Shown: positions 27,991 to 37,242 of the stretch, piece after piece
Layout: each line of letters starts with the position of its first letter
Numbering within the stretch: the first letter of the stretch is position 1
From: Clostridia bacterium
GTDB taxonomy: Bacteria; Bacillota; Clostridia; Oscillospirales; CAG-272
Assembly (NCBI GenBank): GCA_017472695.1
Contig: JAFUOQ010000010.1
Coordinates: 22,187 to 86,186, forward strand
Length of the DNA stretch: 64,000 nt
Reading direction: 5' to 3'
Program-made: the position numbers and the translations under genes
The notes under the pieces: model-generated
Seen by the model: the letters and a program-made list of their open reading frames with translations, nothing else
Databases searched by the model: none
Told to the model about the DNA's origin: nothing

Positions 27991-28223
27991 AATTATTATA
28001 AGGCGAGTCGTGGGAATATTTTGTCAAAATCTGTCAGTAAATCAAATAAATTTGGAAAATTTGACAAAAAAGGGCTAACGGGGGAGCGCCCTATAAAAAA
28101 TCGCCCTTGCGACACTTATATTTTAATATAAGTGAGGGCTTGTGTCAATCGCGTTTGACCTCAAAAAGATACTCACGAGCCAATCGTCACAAATTTTGCA
28201 CAAAAGAAAAGGATTTTAAAAAA

Positions 28224-28778
28224 ATGCAGGTATATATAGGACGTCCAAAAAATGAAGAGGGTAGACTTCCAAAGGAAATAAGAGTTTACGACTTTTTAGA
28301 TAAGCTAGGGGTTGAATATTATCGCATTGACCATAACGAGGCTGATACAATGGAGGAATGTGAGAAGATAGAGAAGGAATTGAATACAGTAATTTGCAAG
28401 AATCTATTCCTTTGCAACAGGCAAAAAACAGCCTTTTATCTTCTTATGATGCCAGGAAACAAGACCTTCAAAACCAAGGATTTTTCGCCACTTGTCGGCT
28501 CGTCTCGTCTTTCCTTTGCCGGGGAGGACGATATGAAAAAATATCTAGATGTCACACCTGGCTCGGTTAGTATAATGGGATTGATCAACGACAAGGATTC
28601 AGTTGTCCACCTCGCTATTGACGAGGAGGTTTTAAAGCCTGATTTTATAGGCTGTCACCCTTGCATTAATACATCAAGCCTAAAAATCAAAACAAGTGAT
28701 TTACTTGAGAAGTATCTGCCAGCGACAAAGCACAAACTACAAATTGTATCCTTGCCAAGATACGAAGAAAATAATTAA
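28224..28778 (+). CDS. YbaK/ProX-type aminoacyl-tRNA deacylase (prolyl-tRNA-synthetase-associated domain)
   Basis: ATG at 28224; the listed upstream extension is rejected. VICKNLFLCNRQKTAFYLLMMPGNKTFKTKD ... TPGSVSIMGLIND pattern. Confidence 0.65.
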   Translation: MQVYIGRPKNEEGRLPKEIRVYDFLDKLGVEYYRIDHNEADTMEECEKIEKELNTVICKNLFLCNRQKTAFYLLMMPGNKTFKTKDFSPLVGSSRLSFAGEDDMKKYLDVTPGSVSIMGLINDKDSVVHLAIDEEVLKPDFIGCHPCINTSSLKIKTSDLLEKYLPATKHKLQIVSLPRYEENN

Positions 28779-28790
28779 TTGGAGCAAAAA

Positions 28791-29009
28791 ATGTCAGTAT
28801 TTGAGAAAGCAAAATGGATATGGATAGATGATAAAAGCGAGATAAATACATATGGTGAGTTTTATTCTAGCCTTTTTGCCGATTCAAGCGCAAAAATAAA
28901 TATAAGCTGTGATGGAGATTACACGCTTTTTGTGAACGGAAAATATGTTGGTAGCCTTTGCCATGGATGGAGTGCGATACCAATATATTACTATTGGGAG
29001 CTACTTTAG
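28791..29009 (+). pseudogene. N-terminal fragment of a glycoside-hydrolase-like protein (rhamnosidase-type N-terminal sandwich), truncated
   Basis: MSVFEKAKWIWIDD..NTYGEFYSSLF..AKINISCDGDYTLFVNGKYVG, then unrelated residues and a stop after about 72 aa. No continuation in any frame. Confidence 0.4.
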
Positions 29010-29089
29010 GGCTGTTGCAATGGCACAGACCAAAAACAGACAATTTTTAAATAGCAATTAACCTATTTAAGCTTATAACCGTTAATGTT

Positions 29090-29127
29090 GAGAACTTGCA
29101 ATATAACTGCAAGCTCTCTTCTTTTTT
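29090..29127 (+). terminator. Terminator-like hairpin
   Basis: GAGAACTTGCA-ATATAA-CTGCAAGCTCTC followed by TTCTTTTTT. Confidence 0.55.
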
Positions 29128-29176
29128 GTGTCTGTTTTTGAAAATTAAGAACTACGAGCATAGCGAAGGCGAAGGA

Positions 29177-29210
29177 AAATACGAGAACATTTCGGTGTTT
29201 CTCGTATTTT
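29177..29210 (+). terminator. Terminator-like hairpin
   Basis: AAAATACGAGAACA-TTTCGG-TGTTTCTCGTATTTTT. Confidence 0.6.
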
Positions 29211-29221
29211 TCTTTGCAAAA

Positions 29222-29297
29222 TTCACAAAGATTTCACAAATTCGGAACGAGGATGGAACAGTTGTGGAACAGATGCGGAACATGGTGTGAGTATAAT
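29222..29297 (+). promoter_or_regulatory. Six 11-bp-phased direct repeats ending 4 nt before a TATAAT -10; activator-type promoter of the FAS operon
   Basis: Six repeat units, each 11 bp:
- TTCACAAAGAT at 29222
- TTCACAAATTC at 29233
- GGAACGAGGAT at 29244
- GGAACAGTTGT at 29255
- GGAACAGATGC at 29266
- GGAACATGGTG at 29277
These are followed by TGAG and then TATAAT at 29292-29297. There is no TTGACA-like -35. Confidence 0.6.
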
Positions 29298-29360
29298 AAA
29301 TGCCAACGGACAACGTGCGAGTTAAGCACGCTGTTCAAAAATTTTTGGAGGTATTTTACC

Positions 29361-29585
29361 ATGTATTTTAACGCTATTGCAAAAGTTATCGCAGAAAGAA
29401 CCGATTGCGACATTTCCACCATCAAGCCCGAGAGCACATTCGTAGAGCTTGGTATCGATTCTCTTGATACCGTAGAGCTTCTGATGAGTCTTGAGGACGA
29501 GATCGGCGTGGAGATTGAGCTTGACAAGAAGGTTGAGACGGTTGGCGATCTTGACAAATTTATTCAAAGCAAGGTTCAGGGCTAA
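29361..29585 (+). CDS. acpP: Acyl carrier protein
   Basis: 74 aa from the ATG at 29361, with GGAGG at 29347-29351. Phosphopantetheine site LGIDSLDTVEL. Confidence 0.85.
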   Translation: MYFNAIAKVIAERTDCDISTIKPESTFVELGIDSLDTVELLMSLEDEIGVEIELDKKVETVGDLDKFIQSKVQG

Positions 29586-29588
29586 AAG

Positions 29589-30533
29589 ATGATTAAATCG
29601 AAGATCTGTGAGATACTTGGCATCAAGTATCCCGTATTTCAAGGCGGTATGGCTTGGATCGCGGATGGAAGATTGGCGGCGGCTGTATCTGAGGGCGGTG
29701 GTCTTGGCATTATTGCCGCAGGAAACGCGCCTGCCTCCTATGTTCGTGAGCAGATAGGAATCGCACGCTCGCTGACTTCGAAGCCCATCGGGGTCAACAT
29801 TATGCTTATGAGCCCGTATGCAGATGAAGTTGCTGCTGTTGTCGTAGAAGAAAATGTGGAAGTTGTTACAACAGGTGCGGGCAATCCGTCCAAGTATATG
29901 AAGGAGTGGAAAGCTGCCGATATCAAGGTCATTCCCGTTGTAGCATCTGTGGCTATGGCGAAGATCATGACAAGGTCAGGCGCGACCGCACTGATTGCGG
30001 AAGGCGGCGAGAGTGGTGGACACGTGGGTGAGCTTACCACAATGGTGCTCGTTCCGCAGGTGTGCGATGCTACCGAGCTTCCCGTAATTGCCGCAGGCGG
30101 TATTGCCGATGGACGTGGTGTTGCGGCGGCATTGATGCTTGGAGCCGAGGGAGTTCAACTTGGAACACGCTTCCTTTCCGCTTGTGAGTGTTCTATACAC
30201 CCCACTTATAAGGAAAAGATACTGAAGGCGACAGATCTTTGCACGATGGTGACGGGTAAAAGGCTTGGTCACCCCGTTCGTAGCCTGCGCACCAAATTCG
30301 CGCAAAATTATTCCAAAGCCGAATACAGCGGTATGCCCGACGAGGAGCTTGAAAATCTTGCGGTCGGCGCACTCCGTCTTGCCGTCAAGGAGGGTGACCT
30401 TGAAAAGGGCTGCTTCCTTGCAGGTCAGATCGCGGCAATGGTCAAAAAAGAACAGAGCGCCGCAGAGATCGTAAAAGAGATTATGGATGAGGCGGAGCCT
30501 ATCCTGAAAGGAGCATCAAGATGGGTAGAATAG
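29589..30533 (+). CDS. fabK: Enoyl-ACP reductase II (FMN-dependent, FabK/NMO family)
   Basis: 314 aa. YPVFQGGMAWI, GGESGGHVG and AAGGIADGRG motifs. Confidence 0.85.
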   Translation: MIKSKICEILGIKYPVFQGGMAWIADGRLAAAVSEGGGLGIIAAGNAPASYVREQIGIARSLTSKPIGVNIMLMSPYADEVAAVVVEENVEVVTTGAGNPSKYMKEWKAADIKVIPVVASVAMAKIMTRSGATALIAEGGESGGHVGELTTMVLVPQVCDATELPVIAAGGIADGRGVAAALMLGAEGVQLGTRFLSACECSIHPTYKEKILKATDLCTMVTGKRLGHPVRSLRTKFAQNYSKAEYSGMPDEELENLAVGALRLAVKEGDLEKGCFLAGQIAAMVKKEQSAAEIVKEIMDEAEPILKGASRWVE

Positions 30534-31429
30534 CATTTGTTTTTTCCGGGCAGGGAGACCAATTTTCCGGAATGGGAAAGGAACTGTATGAAAATTACAT
30601 ATGGGCAAAAAAGATATTTGATGCCTGTGATGAGATTCGTCCCAACACCTCCCGTCAATGCTTTGAGGGAACAGAAGAAGAATTAAAGGAAACCAAAAAT
30701 ACACAGCCCTGCCTTTTTGCTATGGAGCTTGCCGCCGCAAACGTTCTTGTGGAACGCGGTATCAAGCCATATGCGGTCGCGGGATTTTCTCTCGGAGAGG
30801 TTGTGGCTTGTGCGTTTTCAGGCATTGTTGATTGGGAAACGGGCTTTCGTTTGGTATGCCGTCGCGGTGAGTTGATGCAGGAAGCGGCAGAAAAGCAGGA
30901 TACGTCAATGGTGGCGGTAGTAAAGCTCGACAATGAAATAGTAAAGGGGATTTGCGCAAAATATTCTGCCGTATATCCCGTAAACTTCAATTGTCCGGGA
31001 CAGGTTTCCGTTGCAGGTCTTACCTCGCAGATGGCGGATTTTTCCGCAGACGTAAAGGCTGCGGGCGGCAGAGCGCTTCCCATCAAGGTTAAGGGTGGTT
31101 TTCATTCTCCTTTCATGAATGAAGCAGCTGCACTATTTGCAAAGGAGCTTTCAAAGGTTCAGTTCAATCAAGGAAATGCCGTTCTCTATTCCAACAAAAC
31201 TGCAAAGCCTTATACAAATGGAACTGTCGATCTTCTTTCGTCACAGATATGCAATCCTGTTTTGTGGGAGGAGCTGATACGAAATATGATCGCAGAAGGA
31301 ATTGATACCTTTATCGAAATCGGCCCCGGTAAAACGCTGACCAATATGATCAAAAAAATTAGTAACGAGGTGAACGTATATTCGGTCTTCGATCTTGATA
31401 CGGTGCTTTCGGAGGTGGCTGAATGTTGA
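30521..31429 (+). CDS. fabD: Malonyl-CoA:ACP transacylase
   Basis: 302 aa. FVFSGQGDQ and GFSLGE active-site serine motifs. Confidence 0.9.
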   Translation: MGRIAFVFSGQGDQFSGMGKELYENYIWAKKIFDACDEIRPNTSRQCFEGTEEELKETKNTQPCLFAMELAAANVLVERGIKPYAVAGFSLGEVVACAFSGIVDWETGFRLVCRRGELMQEAAEKQDTSMVAVVKLDNEIVKGICAKYSAVYPVNFNCPGQVSVAGLTSQMADFSADVKAAGGRALPIKVKGGFHSPFMNEAAALFAKELSKVQFNQGNAVLYSNKTAKPYTNGTVDLLSSQICNPVLWEELIRNMIAEGIDTFIEIGPGKTLTNMIKKISNEVNVYSVFDLDTVLSEVAEC

Positions 31430-32151
31430 ACGGAAAAGTAGCCATCATCACGGGCGGCTCACGTGGGATCGGTGCGGCGATTACATATAAGCTTGCCTCT
31501 CTCGGTGCTGACGTTGCTGTGATTTACGCAGGCAACAAGGACGCAGCTGAAGCGGTATGTGACAGATGCAAAGCAGAATTCGGAGTTAAAGCCGAAGCCT
31601 ATCTTTGTGACGTGTCCGATTTTGGTGCCGTAAAGGAAACCGTTGTTAGGATAAAAGCAGACTTTGGCGCGGCTCATATCCTTGTAAACAATGCGGGTGT
31701 AACGCGTGACGGGCTTGCGGCGATGATGAGGGAAGAGGATTTTGACAAGGTCGTTGATACAAACCTAAAGGGCGCATTCAATATGATCCGCCACGTCACC
31801 CCCTTGCTTTTAAGAAGTAAAGAGGGTTGTATTATCAATATCAGCTCGGTTTCGGGTTTGATGGGAAATGCAGGTCAAAGCAATTATTCTGCTTCAAAGG
31901 CGGGATTGATCGGACTGACAAAGTCGGTCGCCAAGGAGTATGCTGCCAAGGGAATTCGCTGTAATGCGATTGCTCCCGGTTTTATTAAGACCGATATGAC
32001 CGAAGCACACGCTGATAATCCGCTTCTATCCATGATTCCTCTTGGAAAAATGGGGGACGTTGAGGATGTTGCTGAAGCGGTTGCCTATTTGATAGGCGCA
32101 AAATACGTAACAGGCGAGGTCCTCCGAGTTGACGGCGGGATCGCCATGTAA
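31423..32151 (+). CDS. fabG: 3-oxoacyl-ACP reductase (SDR)
   Basis: 242 aa. TGGSRGIG, NNAG and YSASKAG motifs. Confidence 0.9.
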   Translation: MLNGKVAIITGGSRGIGAAITYKLASLGADVAVIYAGNKDAAEAVCDRCKAEFGVKAEAYLCDVSDFGAVKETVVRIKADFGAAHILVNNAGVTRDGLAAMMREEDFDKVVDTNLKGAFNMIRHVTPLLLRSKEGCIINISSVSGLMGNAGQSNYSASKAGLIGLTKSVAKEYAAKGIRCNAIAPGFIKTDMTEAHADNPLLSMIPLGKMGDVEDVAEAVAYLIGAKYVTGEVLRVDGGIAM

Positions 32152-32162
32152 GGAGAAAAAAG

Positions 32163-33410
32163 ATGAATGAGAATACAAAGCGTGTCGTAGTAACGGGAAT
32201 CGGCGCGATCACACCTGTTGGAAAGACGACAGCCGAGACTTGGGGAGCGCTCAAGTCTGGCAAAAACGGAATCGCGCCGATCACCTTATTTGATACGACC
32301 GATTATAAAGCAAAGCTTGGGGCACAGGTCAAGGACTTTAACGCTCTTGATTATATGGAAAAATCCGAAACGCTCCGTACCGACCGTTACACACAGTTTG
32401 CGCTCATCGCCGCACAGCAGGCGGTGGAGGAAAGCGGTATTGTGGGCAATGTCACCCCCGAGCGCTTCGGCGTTTATTTGGGGGTCGGTATTGGCGGTAT
32501 CGGTACGTTAGAGACCGAGCATACGAAGCTGATGGAAAAAGGTCCTCGCAGAGTTTCCTCTCTGCTTGTGCCTATGATGATCCCAAATATGGCGGCAGGC
32601 ATGATCGCCATAAAATATGATTGCAGAGGTTCTGCTATGCCTGCGGTTACGGCTTGTGCATCGGGCTCTAACGCCATTGGTGAAGCTATGCGACTGATAC
32701 GCCACGGATACGCCGATGCTGTGATAACAGGTGGAGCAGAAGCGGCAATCTGTCCCTCTGCCGTTGCGGGCTTTGTTAATATGCACGCGCTTTCCACAGC
32801 CGAGGATGCAAATGCGGCATCCTTGCCCTTTGACAGCAGACGCACAGGCTTTGTGATCGGTGAGGGCGCAGTTTGCCTTGTGCTTGAGGAATACGAGCAC
32901 GCAAAGGCGCGCGGTGCAAAGATCTATGCCGAGGTATGCGGATATGGCTCTACCTGCGACGCAAATCACATCACAGCCCCACATCCCGAGGCGCGCGGAG
33001 GAGCACAGGCAATGATGGATGCGATGCGTGAGGCGAGGTACACCGAAAAGGATACCGTGTATATTAACGCTCACGGTACGGGAACGCCGATGAACGATAA
33101 GCTGGAGACTATGGCAATCAAAAAAGCACTTGGTGAGGAGGCGGCAAGACGCGCCTTTGTCAGCTCCACAAAGTCTATGACGGGTCATATGCTTGGAGCA
33201 GCGGGCGCTATTGAAGCCCTTGCATGTATTTTTGCGTTGAACGAAGATATCATTCCCCCTACCATCAATCTTAACGAGCAGGATGCAGAATGCGATTTGA
33301 ACTATGTTCCCGAAGTTGCCATTCAGCAAAAGATCGACCTAGCTCTTTCCAATTCTCTTGGGTTTGGCGGACACAATGCGTGTCTTGCATTCAGAAAGGT
33401 GTCAACATGA
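32163..33410 (+). CDS. fabF: 3-oxoacyl-ACP synthase II
   Basis: 415 aa. Active-site ACASGS, HGTGTP and GFGGHNA motifs. Confidence 0.9.
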   Translation: MNENTKRVVVTGIGAITPVGKTTAETWGALKSGKNGIAPITLFDTTDYKAKLGAQVKDFNALDYMEKSETLRTDRYTQFALIAAQQAVEESGIVGNVTPERFGVYLGVGIGGIGTLETEHTKLMEKGPRRVSSLLVPMMIPNMAAGMIAIKYDCRGSAMPAVTACASGSNAIGEAMRLIRHGYADAVITGGAEAAICPSAVAGFVNMHALSTAEDANAASLPFDSRRTGFVIGEGAVCLVLEEYEHAKARGAKIYAEVCGYGSTCDANHITAPHPEARGGAQAMMDAMREARYTEKDTVYINAHGTGTPMNDKLETMAIKKALGEEAARRAFVSSTKSMTGHMLGAAGAIEALACIFALNEDIIPPTINLNEQDAECDLNYVPEVAIQQKIDLALSNSLGFGGHNACLAFRKVST

Positions 33411-33841
33411 ACGAGAAGGATATTCGCAAATATGCACAGCTTATGAAGGAGCTTGATCTGACTGGTCTTGAGATCACGGAAGACAATAAGGTGGTTCGCT
33501 TGGAACGTACACAGCCTATAACCACCCGCGAGCCGATGGTCATTCAAACTGCCGTTGCCCCTGTTTCGGCGGAGCAATCGCAGGTAAGTGAAGCAAACGA
33601 CGGCTGTATCAGAATTACTTCCTCCATTGTTGGCGTGTTTTACGCTGCCCCTGCCGAAAATGCAGAGCCCTTTGTAAAGATTGGTGACCGTGTGGAAAAG
33701 GGACAGACACTTTGTATTATTGAGGCAATGAAGCTGATGAACGAGATTGCAGCAGAGGAAAGCGGCATCATTGAAAAAATTGGAGTAACAAACGGTCAGG
33801 TCGTTGAATTCGGAACCGAGCTGTTTCGTATCAGGAGATGA
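33407..33841 (+). CDS. accB: Biotin carboxyl carrier protein
   Basis: ATGA overlap with the fabF stop; the listed start 33290 is rejected. Biotinylation motif EAMKLMNEI. Confidence 0.85.
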   Translation: MNEKDIRKYAQLMKELDLTGLEITEDNKVVRLERTQPITTREPMVIQTAVAPVSAEQSQVSEANDGCIRITSSIVGVFYAAPAENAEPFVKIGDRVEKGQTLCIIEAMKLMNEIAAEESGIIEKIGVTNGQVVEFGTELFRIRR

Positions 33842-33844
33842 GCT

Positions 33845-34261
33845 ATGATAAAAGAAGAAATCAAAAATATGTTGCCTCACAGAGAGCCAATGCTTCTGCT
33901 CGATGACGTGGAAAACAGGGACGGCTGTGCCATTGGGCATTATAAGGTCAAGGGAGATGAATTTTTTTTACAGGGACATTTTCCAAATAACCCAATCGTC
34001 CCCGGTGTGATCCTTTGTGAGATTTTGGCACAATCGGCTTGCATTTTGATGGTTGACGTGATGACGGACGGTAAGCTTCCCGTATATACGGGACTCAATA
34101 ATGTAAAGTTTCGTCATTCCGTCCGCCCCGGAGATCTGATCGAAACCAAATGCTCAATCAAAAGGGCGAAGCATCCCTTCTATTTTGCAGAAGGAACAGT
34201 AAATGTGGATGGCAAGGTCTGTGTCAGCGCAGAATTTTCCTTTGCCATCGTTGGAGAATGA
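33845..34261 (+). CDS. fabZ: 3-hydroxyacyl-ACP dehydratase
   Basis: 138 aa. LPHREPMLLLD and GHFPNNPIVPGV motifs. Confidence 0.9.
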   Translation: MIKEEIKNMLPHREPMLLLDDVENRDGCAIGHYKVKGDEFFLQGHFPNNPIVPGVILCEILAQSACILMVDVMTDGKLPVYTGLNNVKFRHSVRPGDLIETKCSIKRAKHPFYFAEGTVNVDGKVCVSAEFSFAIVGE

Positions 34262-34264
34262 TCT

Positions 34265-35572
34265 ATGTTTTCAAAGATATTGATTGCCAATCGCGGCGAG
34301 ATTGCCGTTAGAATTATCAGAGCCTGCAAGGAAATGGGTGTTGCTACCGTAGCGGTATATTCGGAAGCCGATAAAAACGCACTTCACGTGGCACTTGCCG
34401 ACGAAAGCTACTGCATTGGACGCGCGGAAGCCTCGGAAAGCTACCTGAATGAAAATCAGATCATCAGCACAGCTCTTCTTGCAGGAGCGCAGGCGATCCA
34501 TCCCGGGTATGGCTTTTTGTCAGAAAATGCTCATTTTGCAAGAGCGTGTCGCAAGAACGGCATCGTATTTATAGGTCCCGATCCCGAGGATATGGAACGT
34601 TTGAGTGATAAAGCCATATTAAAAGAGTTGATGAGCAATGCAGGGCTTACCGTGATTCCGGGTACCAAAGCCGTAGCATCGCTCACAGAAGCAAAAAAAG
34701 CAGCCGAAAGGATCGGATATCCCGTGATGATGAAGGCGTGCGCGGGTGGTGGCGGACGAGGAATTCGTCTGATCAGACAAGAAAATGAAATCGACGATGC
34801 ATATATGCAAGCAACAGCCGAGGCGTTAAGCGCCTTCGGTGACGGCTCGGTATATCTCGAAAAATATATTTTCCCTGCAAAACATATTGAATTGCAGATC
34901 CTCGCTGATGAGGCAGGAAACGTAGTATGCCTTGGCGAAAGAGATTGCTCCTTACAGAGAAGAAATCAAAAATTGATCGAGGAAACACCTTCCCCTGCCG
35001 TATCGGAGAATCAGCGTAATAAAATTATGGAAACAGCCATCAAGGCGGTGAAAAAGATCGGTTATGTTGGCGCCGGAACGCTTGAATTTCTCTATGATCA
35101 GCAAGGTAATTTCTGGTTTATGGAAATGAATGTGCGTCTTCAGGTGGAGCATTGTGTGACAGAGATGCTGACAGGCTTTGATCTTGTTAAATGGCAAATT
35201 CGTATTGCCGCAGGCATTCCGCTGAACTTCACGCAGAGCGACGTCAGGATCGTAGGGGCGGCGATCGAGTGCAGAATCAATGCGTCAAGCTGCGGAACGC
35301 TGAAAATGCTTCACGTTTCCGGCGGTCCCGCGGTACGTTTTGATACTTGCCTTGTGGAAGGAACTGTTGTTTCGCCTTATTATGATTCCTTGCTTGGAAA
35401 GCTGATTGTGTATGCGAAAACAAGGGAGGAGACCTTGCGCAAGCTCAGAGCGGCTCTTTGCGAGCTTGTGATCGACGGCATCCCCACAAACGTGGAGGAG
35501 CAGCTTCGTATCGTTTCCGATAAGCGCTTTGCATCGGGCGATTATGATTTAACTTTTATGGGTAGTAGGTGA
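34265..35572 (+). CDS. accC: Biotin carboxylase
   Basis: 435 aa. ATP-grasp fold (KILIANRGEIAVRIIRA, GGGGRGIR, EMNVRLQVEH). Confidence 0.9.
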   Translation: MFSKILIANRGEIAVRIIRACKEMGVATVAVYSEADKNALHVALADESYCIGRAEASESYLNENQIISTALLAGAQAIHPGYGFLSENAHFARACRKNGIVFIGPDPEDMERLSDKAILKELMSNAGLTVIPGTKAVASLTEAKKAAERIGYPVMMKACAGGGGRGIRLIRQENEIDDAYMQATAEALSAFGDGSVYLEKYIFPAKHIELQILADEAGNVVCLGERDCSLQRRNQKLIEETPSPAVSENQRNKIMETAIKAVKKIGYVGAGTLEFLYDQQGNFWFMEMNVRLQVEHCVTEMLTGFDLVKWQIRIAAGIPLNFTQSDVRIVGAAIECRINASSCGTLKMLHVSGGPAVRFDTCLVEGTVVSPYYDSLLGKLIVYAKTREETLRKLRAALCELVIDGIPTNVEEQLRIVSDKRFASGDYDLTFMGSR

Positions 35573-35576
35573 TACG

Positions 35577-36437
35577 ATGGCATTACTGAATTTCTTAAAA
35601 CCTAAAAACAATCTGGAGGAGGGCGGTCGCACGTCCGCTCCTGTTCATAGTGATGTGGGCGAGCCCGAAAAAAACTGTCCCAATTGTCACAAGGATATTC
35701 CCATGAGCCGTCTGTGGGCAAATCAGTTGGTCTGTTCTTGCGGATATCATTTCAGAATGAAAGCGCGTCAGCGTATCAGCATGATAAGCGACAAAAACAG
35801 CTTTCGGGAATTGTTTGTGAGCGTGAGGTCATGTAATCCTCTCGGATTTCCCGGCTACCGTGAAAAGCTTGAAACCTCAAAGACCGCAAGCGAGGAAGAA
35901 GAAGCTGTTGTTTGCGGTACCGCCTCTATCGGTAAACAACAGTGCTGTATTTTTGCTATGGAGTCCACATTTATGATGGGCAGTATGGGAAGCGCGGTCG
36001 GAGAGAAGATCACATCACTTTTTGAATACGCTACGCAACATCGCTTGCCTGTCATCGGCTTTACCGTATCGGGAGGTGCCAGAATGCAGGAAGGACTGCT
36101 GTCTCTTATGCAAATGGCAAAAACAAGCGCTGCTGTGAAGCAACATAGCGACGTGGGGCTTTTGTATATCGCCGTCCTGACAGATCCTACGACAGGAGGC
36201 GTAACGGCAAGCTTTGCAATGGAAGCCGATATCATTTTGGCAGAGCCGAGTGCTACGGTTGGATTCGCAGGCAAGCGTGTGATTGAACAAACAACAAAGC
36301 AGAGCTTACCGAAGGAATTTCAATCTGCCGAATTTGTGTTGGAGCACGGATTTATTGACAAAATTGCTGTCAGAAAGGATCAGAGAAAGCTTCTGGCAGA
36401 GCTTCTTAAAATGCATAACGGAGGAGAAAGCGTATGA
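35577..36437 (+). CDS. accD: Acetyl-CoA carboxylase carboxyltransferase beta subunit
   Basis: 286 aa. N-terminal Zn ribbon CPNC..CSCG, then a carboxyltransferase domain. Confidence 0.85.
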   Translation: MALLNFLKPKNNLEEGGRTSAPVHSDVGEPEKNCPNCHKDIPMSRLWANQLVCSCGYHFRMKARQRISMISDKNSFRELFVSVRSCNPLGFPGYREKLETSKTASEEEEAVVCGTASIGKQQCCIFAMESTFMMGSMGSAVGEKITSLFEYATQHRLPVIGFTVSGGARMQEGLLSLMQMAKTSAAVKQHSDVGLLYIAVLTDPTTGGVTASFAMEADIILAEPSATVGFAGKRVIEQTTKQSLPKEFQSAEFVLEHGFIDKIAVRKDQRKLLAELLKMHNGGESV

Positions 36438-37228
36438 GTGAGATGCCCTATGACAGAGTAAAGCTTGCAAGAGACAACAAGCGTCCCACGGGACAGGACT
36501 ATATCAAAAACATTTTCAAGAATTTTATCGAGCTTCACGGAGACAGACGATATGCAGATGATAAAGCCGTTATTGCCGGTATCGCGCGTCTCGACGGTTT
36601 ACCCGTAACGGTCATTGCTATTGAAAAAGGACATTCCTCCAAAGAGCGTGTGGAGCGTAATTTCGGCGCACCTCACCCCGAGGGTTATCGAAAAGCATTG
36701 CGTTTGATGAAGCAAGCCGAGAAATTCGGCAGACCGATTATTTGTTTTGTGGACACGTCGGGTGCATATTGCGGCATTGGTGCGGAGGAGCGCGGGCAAG
36801 GTCAGGCGATTGCCGAGAATTTGATGGAAATGAGCACGCTTTGCGTTCCCGTTATCTCGATTTTGATCGGAGAAGGAGGGAGCGGAGGTGCGTTGGCACT
36901 TGCCGTGGCAGACCGCGTTTGGATGCTTGAGAATGCGGTGTATTCCGTGATCTCTCCCGAGGGATGCGCAAGTATTTTATGGAAGGATTCCGGCAAGGCA
37001 GACATTGCGGCGGCAAGTCTAAAGCTGACTGCCGAGGATGCCAAAAGTCTCGGCGTGATTGAGCGAATCCTTTCTGAGAATGAAATGGGTCAAAAGGAAT
37101 ATTACGAGCGTATTCGCACATTACTCGGCGAGGAAATTCAAGCACTTACGAAGGATCCCGATCTTTTGCAAAAACGATACGACCGTTTCCGCAGGATCGG
37201 AATGACCGATACAGAGCAGATGCTTTAA
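36434..37228 (+). CDS. accA: Acetyl-CoA carboxylase carboxyltransferase alpha subunit
   Basis: 264 aa. Overlaps the accD stop. FVDTSGAYCG and GEGGSGGALA motifs. Confidence 0.85.
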   Translation: MSEMPYDRVKLARDNKRPTGQDYIKNIFKNFIELHGDRRYADDKAVIAGIARLDGLPVTVIAIEKGHSSKERVERNFGAPHPEGYRKALRLMKQAEKFGRPIICFVDTSGAYCGIGAEERGQGQAIAENLMEMSTLCVPVISILIGEGGSGGALALAVADRVWMLENAVYSVISPEGCASILWKDSGKADIAAASLKLTAEDAKSLGVIERILSENEMGQKEYYERIRTLLGEEIQALTKDPDLLQKRYDRFRRIGMTDTEQML

Positions 37229-37242
37229 CAAAGGAAGAATCT

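Noticed and set aside
27990-28223. T-box riboswitch controlling the prolyl-editing (ybaK-like) gene
   Set aside because: No T-box consensus (..GGUGGUACCGCG..), no specifier-loop features and no terminator/antiterminator with a T-run were seen. It is kept only as an unclassified structured leader.
32508-33329. 273-aa minus-strand ORF; similar long antisense ORFs at 33323..33940 (205 aa), 37846..38913 (355 aa) and 52331..52888 (185 aa)
   Set aside because: All lie fully antisense to genes with strong motif support (fabF, accB/fabZ, acyl-CoA synthetase, ppdK). They have no RBS and low-complexity or odd composition. Long shadow ORFs are expected in GC-richer coding DNA.
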